59,369 nucleotides of DNA from Chloroflexota bacterium (GTDB lineage Bacteria > Chloroflexota > Anaerolineae > Anaerolineales > UBA11858): positions 1 through 59,369 of the forward strand of contig JBDLJO010000001.1 in NCBI GenBank assembly GCA_039714275.1. Reading direction: 5' to 3'. The notes beneath the pieces were generated by a model. It was not told the DNA's origin and did no database searches. It worked only from the letters and a program-made list of their open reading frames with translations. Below are positions 1 to 9,430 of the stretch, piece after piece (the first letter of the stretch is position 1; each line of letters begins with the position of its first letter). Made by a program: the position numbers and the translations under genes.

Positions 1-1
1 A

Positions 2-589
2 AGTAACTTGTGGAAAAATGAACCAAATCAATATGGTCCGTCTTGGAAAGAGATTGCTGATTTTGTGCGAAATCGGGATCAATATCTTTGCAAAGTTTGT
101 GGAAATCCCCAAACTGAAACGACTCATCATGTGCATCATATAAAACCCTTTCGTGCTTTTGATTCAATCCAAGATGCAAACGATACCGAGAATCTGATCA
201 CCCTTTGTCCGAGTTGTCACCGTCGCGCGGAACGCGTTGTTCGGATTCGTAGCGGATTAGCCGGAGCAGCCTACACTTTAGGGCATATAGCTCCACTATT
301 TTTAATGTGCGATACTCGCGATCTAGGCGTTTTTTCTGACCCTCAATTTATCCTCGGCGATAGACAGCCAACCATCGTCATTTACGAAATGATTCCTGCG
401 GGCATCGGATTTGCCCAACGTCTTTTTGAGCGTAGCGATGAACTAATAAAAAGTGCATTCGAATTGGTTTCAAAATGCATCTGCTCTGATGGCTGTCCAT
501 CATGCATTGGTCCTGGAGGGGAACAGGGTTCAGGATCTAAAAAAGAAGTTTTAGCTATATTTAATTCAATTCAATTTGGGGAAAAGTAG
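2..589 (+). CDS. 5'-truncated CDS: C-terminal end of a helicase-associated DUF1998/MZB-type zinc-ribbon protein with an embedded HNH nuclease motif
   Basis: The frame is open to the window edge. HNH-like signature CKVCG..HHVHHIKPF..NLITLCPSCHRRAE is followed by the terminal Cys cluster CICSDGCPSCIG typical of DUF1998 C-termini of DEAD/DEAH helicases. Confidence 0.55.
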   Translation, partial: SNLWKNEPNQYGPSWKEIADFVRNRDQYLCKVCGNPQTETTHHVHHIKPFRAFDSIQDANDTENLITLCPSCHRRAERVVRIRSGLAGAAYTLGHIAPLFLMCDTRDLGVFSDPQFILGDRQPTIVIYEMIPAGIGFAQRLFERSDELIKSAFELVSKCICSDGCPSCIGPGGEQGSGSKKEVLAIFNSIQFGEK

Positions 590-686
590 ATTAAATTCAC
601 AACAATCAACACTAACATCTATTCTTTAGTTAGCATTTGATGTTTAATTGGACACTTGATTAAAAATACATAATTACTATTCTAGG

Positions 687-905
687 CTACCATTCATCAA
701 AGTCATCATTTCCAATTGCATCAGCTTCATCATCCCATTCATCAAAACCATCGAGATCATCGTCATCCCAGACACTTTCTTCAGCATCACCAAGCTGCCT
801 AAATGTAAGACACCCCTCATCGGGATCAATTTTCACGCTTGAGGTGCTGCAAAAATTATCTTCAAGATGTATACACCCAAGGTAAAGACAATGGATTTTA
901 GGCAT
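687..905 (-). CDS. 72-aa Cys-containing small protein with an extremely acidic, Trp-punctuated C-terminal tail (N-terminus possibly DUF1540-like)
   Basis: ATG is preceded by an AAGGAGAG Shine-Dalgarno. N-terminal half has C6/C11/C19/C32 (HCLYLGCIHLEDNFCSTSSVKI). C-terminal 35 aa are about 50% D/E, with FDEW occurring twice and W as the last residue. Confidence 0.5.
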   Translation of the reverse strand: MPKIHCLYLGCIHLEDNFCSTSSVKIDPDEGCLTFRQLGDAEESVWDDDDLDGFDEWDDEADAIGNDDFDEW

Positions 906-941
906 AATTCTTTACTCTCCTTTACTCTTTACTTGAGCGCC

Positions 942-1376
942 TTAATTATCAATTAGATTCTTAATTGATAAAATTAGAAGCAATACCAATACAATAGCCG
1001 AAAGAACACAATATGGACAAATGGCGTGCAAAATAGCGACTTCGACATATGTTAGATAAGCTGAATATAACACACCGGCAAGGCTAATTCCAAATACAAA
1101 TAAAGGTGCATTTTCGCGCCAAAACTCTGTTCGAAGCTCCATTAGTAGAAAGATTATGATCATCAGGTATGCACCAACCCCAAAAAGGGCAATAGGGATA
1201 CCCGCAATTTCTGCATAAGGACTAGAATTTACACTTTCGCAATCTCCAATGTTCCCACAAGCTGCTGTAGCATTCGCAAGTTTTAGCCAAGATAAATAAA
1301 TAGAATCAAGTAATCCGACAAAAGCAATAATCGCGAATGTCCAACGAAATTTATTTTTTTTCACTAATGATGCCAT
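942..1376 (-). CDS. vitamin K epoxide reductase (VKOR) family membrane protein
   Basis: 144 aa with about 4 TM helices. Has a loop Cys pair (CGNIGDC) and an intramembrane CPYC redox motif. Its start codon directly abuts the moeA stop (1376/1377). Confidence 0.75.
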   Translation of the reverse strand: MASLVKKNKFRWTFAIIAFVGLLDSIYLSWLKLANATAACGNIGDCESVNSSPYAEIAGIPIALFGVGAYLMIIIFLLMELRTEFWRENAPLFVFGISLAGVLYSAYLTYVEVAILHAICPYCVLSAIVLVLLLILSIKNLIDN

Positions 1377-2651
1377 TTAAAGATCAGTTCCTCCATAACG
1401 CGTATCCTGCTCTTCAGCAAAAAACCAAGCGTCAACCTTGGAGCCCTCAGGCAAGTAAGTAACACCAGCAGGAATAATTAGTAATGTGTTGGCCTGGACA
1501 AGAGAGTGTAGATTACCTGAGCCTTGATGTCCTGTCAAGTGAGCTGTCCAGGCGGAATTATTACTTTTGGCATTTGCTCGCAAATACGATTCCCTTCCAT
1601 CTGAATGAATCGGATCAAGAAGTTGAACTTTCCGTACAACGCGTTGGATAGGAGACTTCATCAACATCTTGCGCAATATCGGTTTTACAAAAATTTGAAA
1701 ACTGACGTAAGCTGAGACAGGATTTCCCGGCAAACCAATAAAAGGTACATCTCGATAATGACCAAAAACAAGTGGTTTTCCAGGTCGCATATTAACTCTC
1801 CATAACCTTAATTCACCCTCTGTTTCTAGTAAAGCTCGGATAAAATCATATGCACCAACACTAATCCCCCCAGTGGTAATAAATAAATCAATACCATTAG
1901 CAATACTTTTGTCTAAATATGCTTTTATATATTCAGGATTATCGGCAACAATCCCAAAATCAAGAGATTCGGCACCACAGTCTTTAATTAAAGCCTTCAG
2001 CATATGCGAATTTGACTCATATACTTTCCCTGGATCAAGAGGATCTCCAGGCGTAATCAATTCATCACCGGGAGTGATAACTCCGATCCTCGGCCGGCGA
2101 ATAACAGGAACTTCAGCCACACCCAACATAGCCAGCATCCCTAAATCCTGCGGTCGTATATTTTGACAAGACGCAAACACTTCGTCACCAACGTTAATAT
2201 CCTGCCCTTTTGGGCGGATATTAGCCCCCGGGATAATTTTTTGCATTACCTTTACCTGTTTGGGTAATGGAGTCCCTGCCAATCGCTCCCCGTAATCCGT
2301 ATTTTCAACCATGACAACTGCATCGGCACCAGCCGGCATCATAGCACCGGTCATGATTCGAATTGCTTCTCCAGGTTCTAAACTATGCCATTTTGAATCC
2401 CCCGCAGGAATATCGGCAACCACATCCAAAGTTATCGGAGAATTTACACTCGCCGTTTTAACATCAGCTGAACGGATCGCAAAGCCATCTACACTGGAAG
2501 CATCAAAGGGAGGCAATGACAATTCGGAATATATAGGATTAGCTAAAGTGCGTCTAGCTGCTTCCCTCAAATTGACATATTGCATATCCAAAGCTGTAAA
2601 ATACCCTAATATATAATTAACAGCTTTTGTTACAGGTGTTAAATTAGACAA
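1377..2651 (-). CDS. moeA: molybdopterin molybdotransferase MoeA
   Basis: 424 aa with MoeA/gephyrin-E layout. Central MoCF-binding region (RIGVITPGDEL, ITTGGISVGAYD) and a C-terminal barrel. Lies 23 nt downstream of rel. Confidence 0.85.
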   Translation of the reverse strand: MSNLTPVTKAVNYILGYFTALDMQYVNLREAARRTLANPIYSELSLPPFDASSVDGFAIRSADVKTASVNSPITLDVVADIPAGDSKWHSLEPGEAIRIMTGAMMPAGADAVVMVENTDYGERLAGTPLPKQVKVMQKIIPGANIRPKGQDINVGDEVFASCQNIRPQDLGMLAMLGVAEVPVIRRPRIGVITPGDELITPGDPLDPGKVYESNSHMLKALIKDCGAESLDFGIVADNPEYIKAYLDKSIANGIDLFITTGGISVGAYDFIRALLETEGELRLWRVNMRPGKPLVFGHYRDVPFIGLPGNPVSAYVSFQIFVKPILRKMLMKSPIQRVVRKVQLLDPIHSDGRESYLRANAKSNNSAWTAHLTGHQGSGNLHSLVQANTLLIIPAGVTYLPEGSKVDAWFFAEEQDTRYGGTDL

Positions 2652-2674
2652 TTCTATTTCCTAAAAGAATGGGA

Positions 2675-4909
2675 TTAACCAGCTCGCATTCGACACGCAT
2701 CAACGACATTTGGAAGATGTTTAACTCGGCTAAGCACACGGCTTAAGTGACTCACATCGCGCACTTCTAAGGTTAGATTAAATTCAGCAATATTTTCGCT
2801 ATTAATATCAACACGCACAGTCTCAATCCCTGCACCTTCATCGGAAATGAGGGTAGAAATATCACGCATTAATCCATCGCGATCGTAAGCATTAACGCGA
2901 ATTGGAACGCTAAAAACATTTTTTGGCACTCCCCATGACACTTGTACCAATCGTTCTTTTTCTTTGATAGTGAGTACATTTGGGCAATCACGACGGTGAA
3001 CTGTTGCACCACGACCACGGGTAATATAACCAACAATTTCATCCCCAGGTGCAGGATTGCAGCAGCGAGCGGTGCGCGTAAGTAAACCTTTTAGGCCCCG
3101 TACCTTTACGCCATCAGTGGTATCTTGATCTAACTTACTACTTAATTCTTCTGGCGTTGGAAATTTAAAATCTTCTTCTTCAATCTTAGCCGTGGTGATT
3201 AAAGCATTTGTAACTCGCATAAGTGATAGATCACCGCAGCCGAGGGCTTCTGATAAATCATCAAGATTTCTAAAATTCAACGAACGCGCCAATTGCTCTA
3301 AATTAATATCAGTCAAACCAAGCTGGCGCATTTCTCGCTCTATAATATCTCGTCCATTTTTTATGTTTTGATCGCGATCTTGTTGTTTATACCAACGTCG
3401 AATTTTGGCGCGCGATCTTTGTGACTTAATCATTCCCAAATGAGGATTTAGCCAATCACGACTAGGCCCGCCGCGTTTTGATGTCAGTATTTCTACTTGA
3501 TCACCGGTTTTTAGCACGGTATCCAAGGAAACAAGTTTGCCCCCAATTTTCGCTCCTCGACATCGATGGCCCACTTCAGTATGCACATTGTATGCAAAAT
3601 CGATCGGGGTTGCTCCCGTAGGTAAATCAATGATGTCACCGTTTGGCGTGAACACATACACCCTGTCCCCAAAAACATCTGATTTCATGCTGTCAACGAA
3701 CTCTTGAGCATCGTCAACATCCTGGCGCCATTCCATCAGACTTCGCAAATATTCTATGCGTCTTTCAAAATCTTGATCACGCGAACCACCTTCTTTATAG
3801 CGCCAATGTGCGGCAATACCATATTCTGAGTTCTGATGCATTTCAGGAGTACGAATTTGAATTTCAAGGGTTTTCCCATCATCATAGACGACAGCAGTGT
3901 GTAAACTACGATAGAAATTTTCTTTGGGGGCAGCAATATAATCATCGAAAGAACCCGGAATAGGTCGCCATTGTTGGTGAATTTCGCCTAACGCTAAATA
4001 ACAATCCCCATTTTCCGGCACAATCAAACGAACACCACGTACATCATAAACCATTTCAAAAGGAACCCCTTTGCGCATCATTTTCTTGTAAATAGAGAAG
4101 ATATGCTTGGGCCTACCTGATATTTCAATTTTTTCAATTCCAGCCTGAGTGAGGATGCCCAGCAAATGCTTTTTAATTTTCGACAATTGAACATTGCGCT
4201 CTGAGCGACGTGTATCCAATTTTGCTGCAATTTCTTTGTAAATGTCCGGTTGTAAATAACGAAAAGCCTGATCTTCTAATTCCCATTTCATTTGCCAGAT
4301 TCCAAGACGACTGGCCAAAGGAGCAAAAATATCCATGGTTTCTTGTGCAATACGCAATTGCTTATGAGGAGGCATGTGGCTTAGCGTGCTCATATTATGG
4401 AGACGATCTGCTAATTTAATTAGCACAACTTGAGGGTCGTCAGCCATAGCCAAGAAAGTTTTACGCAAAGTTTCAGATGCCAATGATATCTTAGCTTCCC
4501 GTATTCGTTGACCACTTTTCTTTGTAGATATTTCCCCGTTTAGTCCATCATCATTGACAATATCGCCCCGGGATACTCGTGGTAATGACGTCAATTTTGT
4601 TACAGCATCAACTAATTTTCCTATTTCAATACCAAAATCACGGTTAATATCATCTAATGTAATTTTGGTATCCTCAACCGTGTCATGAAGCAATCCAGCT
4701 GCAACAATTGATGGCGGCACATGCATTTCTGCAAGAATTTTTGCGACGGCAATACAATGCGTGAAATAAGGTTCTCCCGAAACTCGTTTTTGGTTTTTGT
4801 GTGCTTTCGATCCTGTCTCAAAAGCACGGGAAATAAGCTCTCTATCTACTTGAGAATAGGACGTAGGAAGATGTTCCAAAAATGCTTTTGATGTAAGTTC
4901 ATAAGCCAT
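2675..4909 (-). CDS. rel: bifunctional (p)ppGpp synthetase/hydrolase (RelA/SpoT homologue)
   Basis: HD hydrolase motif (LLHDTVEDT), synthetase region (RPKHIFSIYKKM, YRSLHTAV), TGS domain (VFTPNGDIIDLPTGATPIDFAY) and a C-terminal ACT-like domain. The ORF opens at GTG 4954, but ATG 4909 (MAYELTSK) fits family N-termini better. Confidence 0.9.
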   Translation of the reverse strand: MAYELTSKAFLEHLPTSYSQVDRELISRAFETGSKAHKNQKRVSGEPYFTHCIAVAKILAEMHVPPSIVAAGLLHDTVEDTKITLDDINRDFGIEIGKLVDAVTKLTSLPRVSRGDIVNDDGLNGEISTKKSGQRIREAKISLASETLRKTFLAMADDPQVVLIKLADRLHNMSTLSHMPPHKQLRIAQETMDIFAPLASRLGIWQMKWELEDQAFRYLQPDIYKEIAAKLDTRRSERNVQLSKIKKHLLGILTQAGIEKIEISGRPKHIFSIYKKMMRKGVPFEMVYDVRGVRLIVPENGDCYLALGEIHQQWRPIPGSFDDYIAAPKENFYRSLHTAVVYDDGKTLEIQIRTPEMHQNSEYGIAAHWRYKEGGSRDQDFERRIEYLRSLMEWRQDVDDAQEFVDSMKSDVFGDRVYVFTPNGDIIDLPTGATPIDFAYNVHTEVGHRCRGAKIGGKLVSLDTVLKTGDQVEILTSKRGGPSRDWLNPHLGMIKSQRSRAKIRRWYKQQDRDQNIKNGRDIIEREMRQLGLTDINLEQLARSLNFRNLDDLSEALGCGDLSLMRVTNALITTAKIEEEDFKFPTPEELSSKLDQDTTDGVKVRGLKGLLTRTARCCNPAPGDEIVGYITRGRGATVHRRDCPNVLTIKEKERLVQVSWGVPKNVFSVPIRVNAYDRDGLMRDISTLISDEGAGIETVRVDINSENIAEFNLTLEVRDVSHLSRVLSRVKHLPNVVDACRMRAG

Positions 4910-5235
4910 TAGCAAAGTATAACCATTGAAAAATATTGGCGCAAGGGTAAGCACAATTGATGATATTAATTTCCTGCACTTAATTGTATCTAAGAACTGT
5001 GATTCTAATTATTTTCCATAAATAAATATTTATGAATGAATCACAATACTTTATTCTAGGTCTTCACCCAAATATTTTTCCTAAATTTTCATTGTCTTTA
5101 TTATGTTATCTCGGTCAAAATAAGAAGAGATATTTCAGCAAATTAAATCAAATTCACCTCGACGCAAAAACATTTTCTGATACACTAGTGTCAGAATTAT
5201 TTATATTGAAATTTATTTAGTAAGTATGTAATTTT

Positions 5236-6228
5236 ATGCAACAATCATCTATTCCTGTCCCAATTAAAAAAATCCTCATTGTTGAAGATAACAAAGATGT
5301 TAGGAATGGCATTTCACAATATCTTAAAATTGAAAAGTATATTGTGTTGCAAGCAAGCAATGGTGTAGATGCACTAAAAGTCCTCGAAACTTTCACGCCC
5401 GATATTATTGTTTCCGACATAAATATGCCGCGCATGGACGGTATAGAACTTTATAAAGCTGTCCGCCAAAACCATCAATGGATAACGATTCCTTTTTTAT
5501 TTTTAACTGCAGATAATTCTCCGCAAAGCATTCGACTTGGACGCGAGTTGGGGGTTGAAGATTACCTGACTAAACCTATCCGCCCTAAGGATTTAGTAAA
5601 TACTATCAGCGCTCGATTACTGCGCTCTGCCGAAGTGGAGGTTGCACACATAGGCTTAGCATACCTCGAAACTGTAAAAGTGCTAGCTAATGCTATTGAA
5701 GGACGCGATAAGTACACCCGCGGGCACGTTGACCGTGTCACGCATTATGCACTCGGCACAGCAGAAGAATTGCATTGGACTCCAAGCCAAATCCGCACTC
5801 TCGAATTTGGTGCTCGCTTACATGATATTGGAAAAGTAATTATTCCCGATAGTATTCTTAACAAAAAATCTAAATTGACTTCGGAAGAATGGGAGTTAAT
5901 GAAGCAGCACCCAGTTGAGGGTGTAAAAATACTTGAGGGCATAACCCATTTGCAAAAAACGAGGCCCTACATTCTCTACCACCATGAACGTTGGGATGGT
6001 AGTGGATACCCGCATGGTTTAAAAGGACAAGACATCCCTATAGAGGCAAGACTTCTAGCAATTGCAGATGTTTACGATGCTCTGACAACTGCACGCCCCT
6101 ATCACCCCCCTCGTCCTTATTCAGAAGTAATAAAATACTTAACGCTAAGTGCTGGCACACACTTTGATCCTGAATTAGTCCCGATTTTCATAAAAGTCAT
6201 AAAAAGAAATCCACCATCAAGTATCTAA
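5236..6228 (+). CDS. response regulator with HD-GYP output domain (RpfG-like c-di-GMP phosphodiesterase)
   Basis: N-terminal receiver (KILIVEDN, PDIIVSDINMP, LTKP). C-terminal HD-GYP motifs (HDIGK, HHERWDGSGYPHGL). Confidence 0.85.
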   Translation: MQQSSIPVPIKKILIVEDNKDVRNGISQYLKIEKYIVLQASNGVDALKVLETFTPDIIVSDINMPRMDGIELYKAVRQNHQWITIPFLFLTADNSPQSIRLGRELGVEDYLTKPIRPKDLVNTISARLLRSAEVEVAHIGLAYLETVKVLANAIEGRDKYTRGHVDRVTHYALGTAEELHWTPSQIRTLEFGARLHDIGKVIIPDSILNKKSKLTSEEWELMKQHPVEGVKILEGITHLQKTRPYILYHHERWDGSGYPHGLKGQDIPIEARLLAIADVYDALTTARPYHPPRPYSEVIKYLTLSAGTHFDPELVPIFIKVIKRNPPSSI

Positions 6229-6499
6229 TCCATAATCATTATTATCAATTGATGCTTGATATATAACTATTTATCCCTTTCAATATTATTTTCGGTATTT
6301 AAGGTAACGCTTTCCTCCATTCCTCAATATCAGGTTGTTTCTTGCATTTATAGCCAATTTTTTGTATTTAATACCTACAATTCTATGATATATAAATATG
6401 ACATAAAACAGAATCTAATTTGCCTATGCGCATTTCTTCTGTTCGTTTGATGCGAATTAATACTTTTCTTCTATTCAAAATCGGTTATTAGCAAAATAA

Positions 6500-7846
6500 T
6501 TAGGTGTTTACAGAAATATCATCTCGCAAGTAAAGCATTTTTACTGCTGGACGACTACGAAACCATAACCAAATTGTTTGAATTGATGAGCCTAATACTA
6601 TGGCTCCTAACCCGACATATAGACCAGTTATCGTTTGTTGGCCAACTCCGATCAAAAGTAATGAACTGGTTGTAACCAAGAAAATACTAACGGCTTCTGG
6701 AATTGCGCTTGTTATCTTGCTGTGTAGAATAACGCCCTGATACCAACTTTGAAATGCAGTTAATCCCGGCATTAACAACCCTATCCACAATCCATTTTTT
6801 GCAAAAATGACCAGCATAGGATCAAGTGCTGAAATATCTCTAAGCCAAAATTCGGCCGCTGGGGATATTAAAAATAATAGTAAGAGAAAGGTTGAAAACC
6901 CGGCCAATACCGTTGTAAATCTTCGCAAGCTTAATGTTGATCCTAAATCATCAAGGTGAGCAACAACAACCTCGTTAAATGCAACCCCCATACTTCGCAA
7001 TGTAAAAATCAAACCTGAAACAATTGGCCAAACTGCCAGGGATTCCAAGGCTCTCGGCATGCGACTCAATGCCGCGCTTCCAATAGGTTGCATCAATAAT
7101 GTTAACAGCGAAGTTAATATCAATGGGCCATAAAATTTTGCAAAAACACCATATGTCAAAGCAGGCTCGACAACTGGCGCTGTTTTTAATTGATTGTTAA
7201 TTACAGGACGAACACGGAAACTAGTATAGAGTGCTTCAGTAACGACACCTGCGGCTACAGCGCTTGTAGCTACAATTATTCCTGGAATTTCTTGCACAAT
7301 TAGTCCACCAATAAGTACACTTGCATCAACACTTAACCTGATCCCCGTACCAATGCCAATTGCTCCAGAGTGCCCAAAACGAATCATGATTCCTTGATTA
7401 AAACGTCGACTAGCTATCGCCCAAGTCCAGGGAGTCATGATCTTCAATCCAATTCGGGCGGGTTCAATAATTTCGTGTGGCACTCCGATAATATCCCGAA
7501 CAACTATATAATAAATTGGCGTAAAAGCAACCACGATATGCAAAATTGTAAGCAAAGTACCTGAAAGCAGCATATACTGTCTTAACTTTTTATAAGATGC
7601 CCAATCTTTGGATAACGTTGTGGATGCTGCCAAAAGCATGATTACAGGCGCCTCAATTAACAAGGCCAAAGGAAATACAACGCCCCCATATGCCGCCAAA
7701 TTAATTTTAGGGTTCTCAAGTCGTGCCACGAAAGCACTCAACACTGGCATTTCGAGACCCATTAAAATCCAACTGGCCGCTAAAGGCCACCAGGTCCTTA
7801 ATATTTGAATAAAAGTAACCCGTTTTTTCTCAACCATGCTTTTCAA
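6500..7846 (-). CDS. polytopic membrane protein, MATE/MOP-superfamily-like
   Basis: 448 aa with about 12 hydrophobic segments in a two-half arrangement. Overlaps the upstream MFS gene by 4 nt (translational coupling). The family call is weak. Confidence 0.4.
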   Translation of the reverse strand: MKSMVEKKRVTFIQILRTWWPLAASWILMGLEMPVLSAFVARLENPKINLAAYGGVVFPLALLIEAPVIMLLAASTTLSKDWASYKKLRQYMLLSGTLLTILHIVVAFTPIYYIVVRDIIGVPHEIIEPARIGLKIMTPWTWAIASRRFNQGIMIRFGHSGAIGIGTGIRLSVDASVLIGGLIVQEIPGIIVATSAVAAGVVTEALYTSFRVRPVINNQLKTAPVVEPALTYGVFAKFYGPLILTSLLTLLMQPIGSAALSRMPRALESLAVWPIVSGLIFTLRSMGVAFNEVVVAHLDDLGSTLSLRRFTTVLAGFSTFLLLLFLISPAAEFWLRDISALDPMLVIFAKNGLWIGLLMPGLTAFQSWYQGVILHSKITSAIPEAVSIFLVTTSSLLLIGVGQQTITGLYVGLGAIVLGSSIQTIWLWFRSRPAVKMLYLRDDISVNT

Positions 7847-9021
7847 ATCTCTCTAATTTCTGAGTTCTTTGGAAGTAATAATATCCCGGGAATTGCAAAA
7901 ATTGAGAGTGCCGCACTCCAATAAAAGGCTGTTTGCAAACCAATTTTATCGCCAGCTATACCAACGAGGACCATAGCCAAAGAACGAAGCAAAAATGAAA
8001 TTGAAAGAAATAGGCCGTTACCTACTGCCCGATTACGTGGAAAATGATCCTGAATTAATGCAAGAAATACAGGTCCCGTTGATAAACTAGTAAAGCCCAA
8101 AGCTAGCAACAAAACTACTAATAGCCATCCAGAAACTTTCAGGAATACAAGCATCAATAAGGGGGAAATAATGCTAACAAACAGCAGCATTGGTTTCCTC
8201 CCTAAGCGATCACTTAGTGTTCCGCTCAGTAAGGCTCCACCAACTCCAGCAAACTCTAATATTGAAAGAGATGCCCCACCCAGCAATAAACTAGCTCCAT
8301 TCATACTCATAAAGGTTGGTAAATATGTTGTCATACTTACTACCATAAAATTCCGAAAAAAAACCACCCAAATCAACGGCAAAAATAATGACCGCACCTT
8401 CGGAAGCACGCTTTGAAGACTTCCTGTTTTCTGCGAGCTAGCAGGAATGTTTTTTAATCTCCAAAATAAGATTGCGGAAGCCGTCCAACCGAGCAGAGAA
8501 TTTCTATATAGGCCATCTAAGCCCCATATAGAAACAGACCAAACAGCAAATATTGGTCCAACTGTTCGTCCTAATTCACCTCCTGCCATGAACCAACTCA
8601 TTCCCCTCCCAATACGTTTGCCAGACAAGCGACCAACCATCGCTGGAGCAGGAGCATGAAAAACCGCAACACTAATTCCCGTTACAATTAACAACAATAC
8701 TAAACTATAATAATTGGGAGCTAATCCCATCCAGCTAATAAGTGTGCCGGTCACTGCAGGAGCAAAGATAACAAAGTAACGTATGCTGAATTTGTCGGCT
8801 AAATGCCCAATAAAGGGATTTAGAATTGCTGGGATTTGCATGAAAGCACTAAGTGAGCCCGCCATAGTTAAAGTTAACGACAATTTTTCAATAATTAACG
8901 GTAATAACGGCGCCACAAAAGCCGAATACACATCATGGATGAAATGCCCACCAACAATTGTAGCGACTTGCTCAGTTTGGAAATTGTCTGATTGGTGCGT
9001 TGTTCTAAAGGTTTTTTCCAT
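7843..9021 (-). CDS. MFS transporter
   Basis: 392 aa with about 12 TM segments. Has MFS-type loop motifs (GHLADKFSIR; LSDRLGRKP). Confidence 0.65.
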   Translation of the reverse strand: MEKTFRTTHQSDNFQTEQVATIVGGHFIHDVYSAFVAPLLPLIIEKLSLTLTMAGSLSAFMQIPAILNPFIGHLADKFSIRYFVIFAPAVTGTLISWMGLAPNYYSLVLLLIVTGISVAVFHAPAPAMVGRLSGKRIGRGMSWFMAGGELGRTVGPIFAVWSVSIWGLDGLYRNSLLGWTASAILFWRLKNIPASSQKTGSLQSVLPKVRSLFLPLIWVVFFRNFMVVSMTTYLPTFMSMNGASLLLGGASLSILEFAGVGGALLSGTLSDRLGRKPMLLFVSIISPLLMLVFLKVSGWLLVVLLLALGFTSLSTGPVFLALIQDHFPRNRAVGNGLFLSISFLLRSLAMVLVGIAGDKIGLQTAFYWSAALSIFAIPGILLLPKNSEIREI

Positions 9022-9430
9022 TTTTATATTGTATCCCTTTTGTTAAGGTAGATAAATATATCATAAATCAGGTCTGCTGGGAAAAAACCTATTTCTGAAA
9101 GCGGCCCGATTTAATAAATCGTAGGAACAAATATATTGGATAGTGGAAACAAAAAATTGTTTTCTCAAATTTAAGAGCTATAATTACTTAGTCATCACCA
9201 TTGAATTTCAAGTAAGAACTGGTGAATTTGGGCAAGCAGGTTTTTTCCTGATTGGAAAATCTCCTCAACAGCAATGGAGGATGTATTTCTTACCCTACGC
9301 TCTCGAAAGGAGATGTATTACACAGATTTTATTTACCTCTTTATTATTAGCTAATTTAAAACAAACCCGCATTGGTAATGCCTAAATCTAAAATATAAGA
9401 TATTTTATCCTTACTCAGATAAACTTTTTA

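Noticed and set aside
5032-5220. Intergenic ORFs 5032-5220, 5217-5435, 6256-6450, 9143-9385 and 9411-9599.
   Set aside because: They lie in AT-rich promoter or terminator regions, have no SD, and give highly hydrophobic or low-complexity translations with codon usage unlike the neighbours.
9171-9184. Single TTAAGAGC copy (8/9 match to the 12762 repeat) fused to a perfect TATAAT, upstream of the regulator gene; possible autoregulation site.
   Set aside because: There is only one half-site and no partner at 11-12 nt. An 8-mer is expected about 1-2 times by chance in 2 x 59 kb, and another TAAGAGCC lies inside a CDS near 46769.
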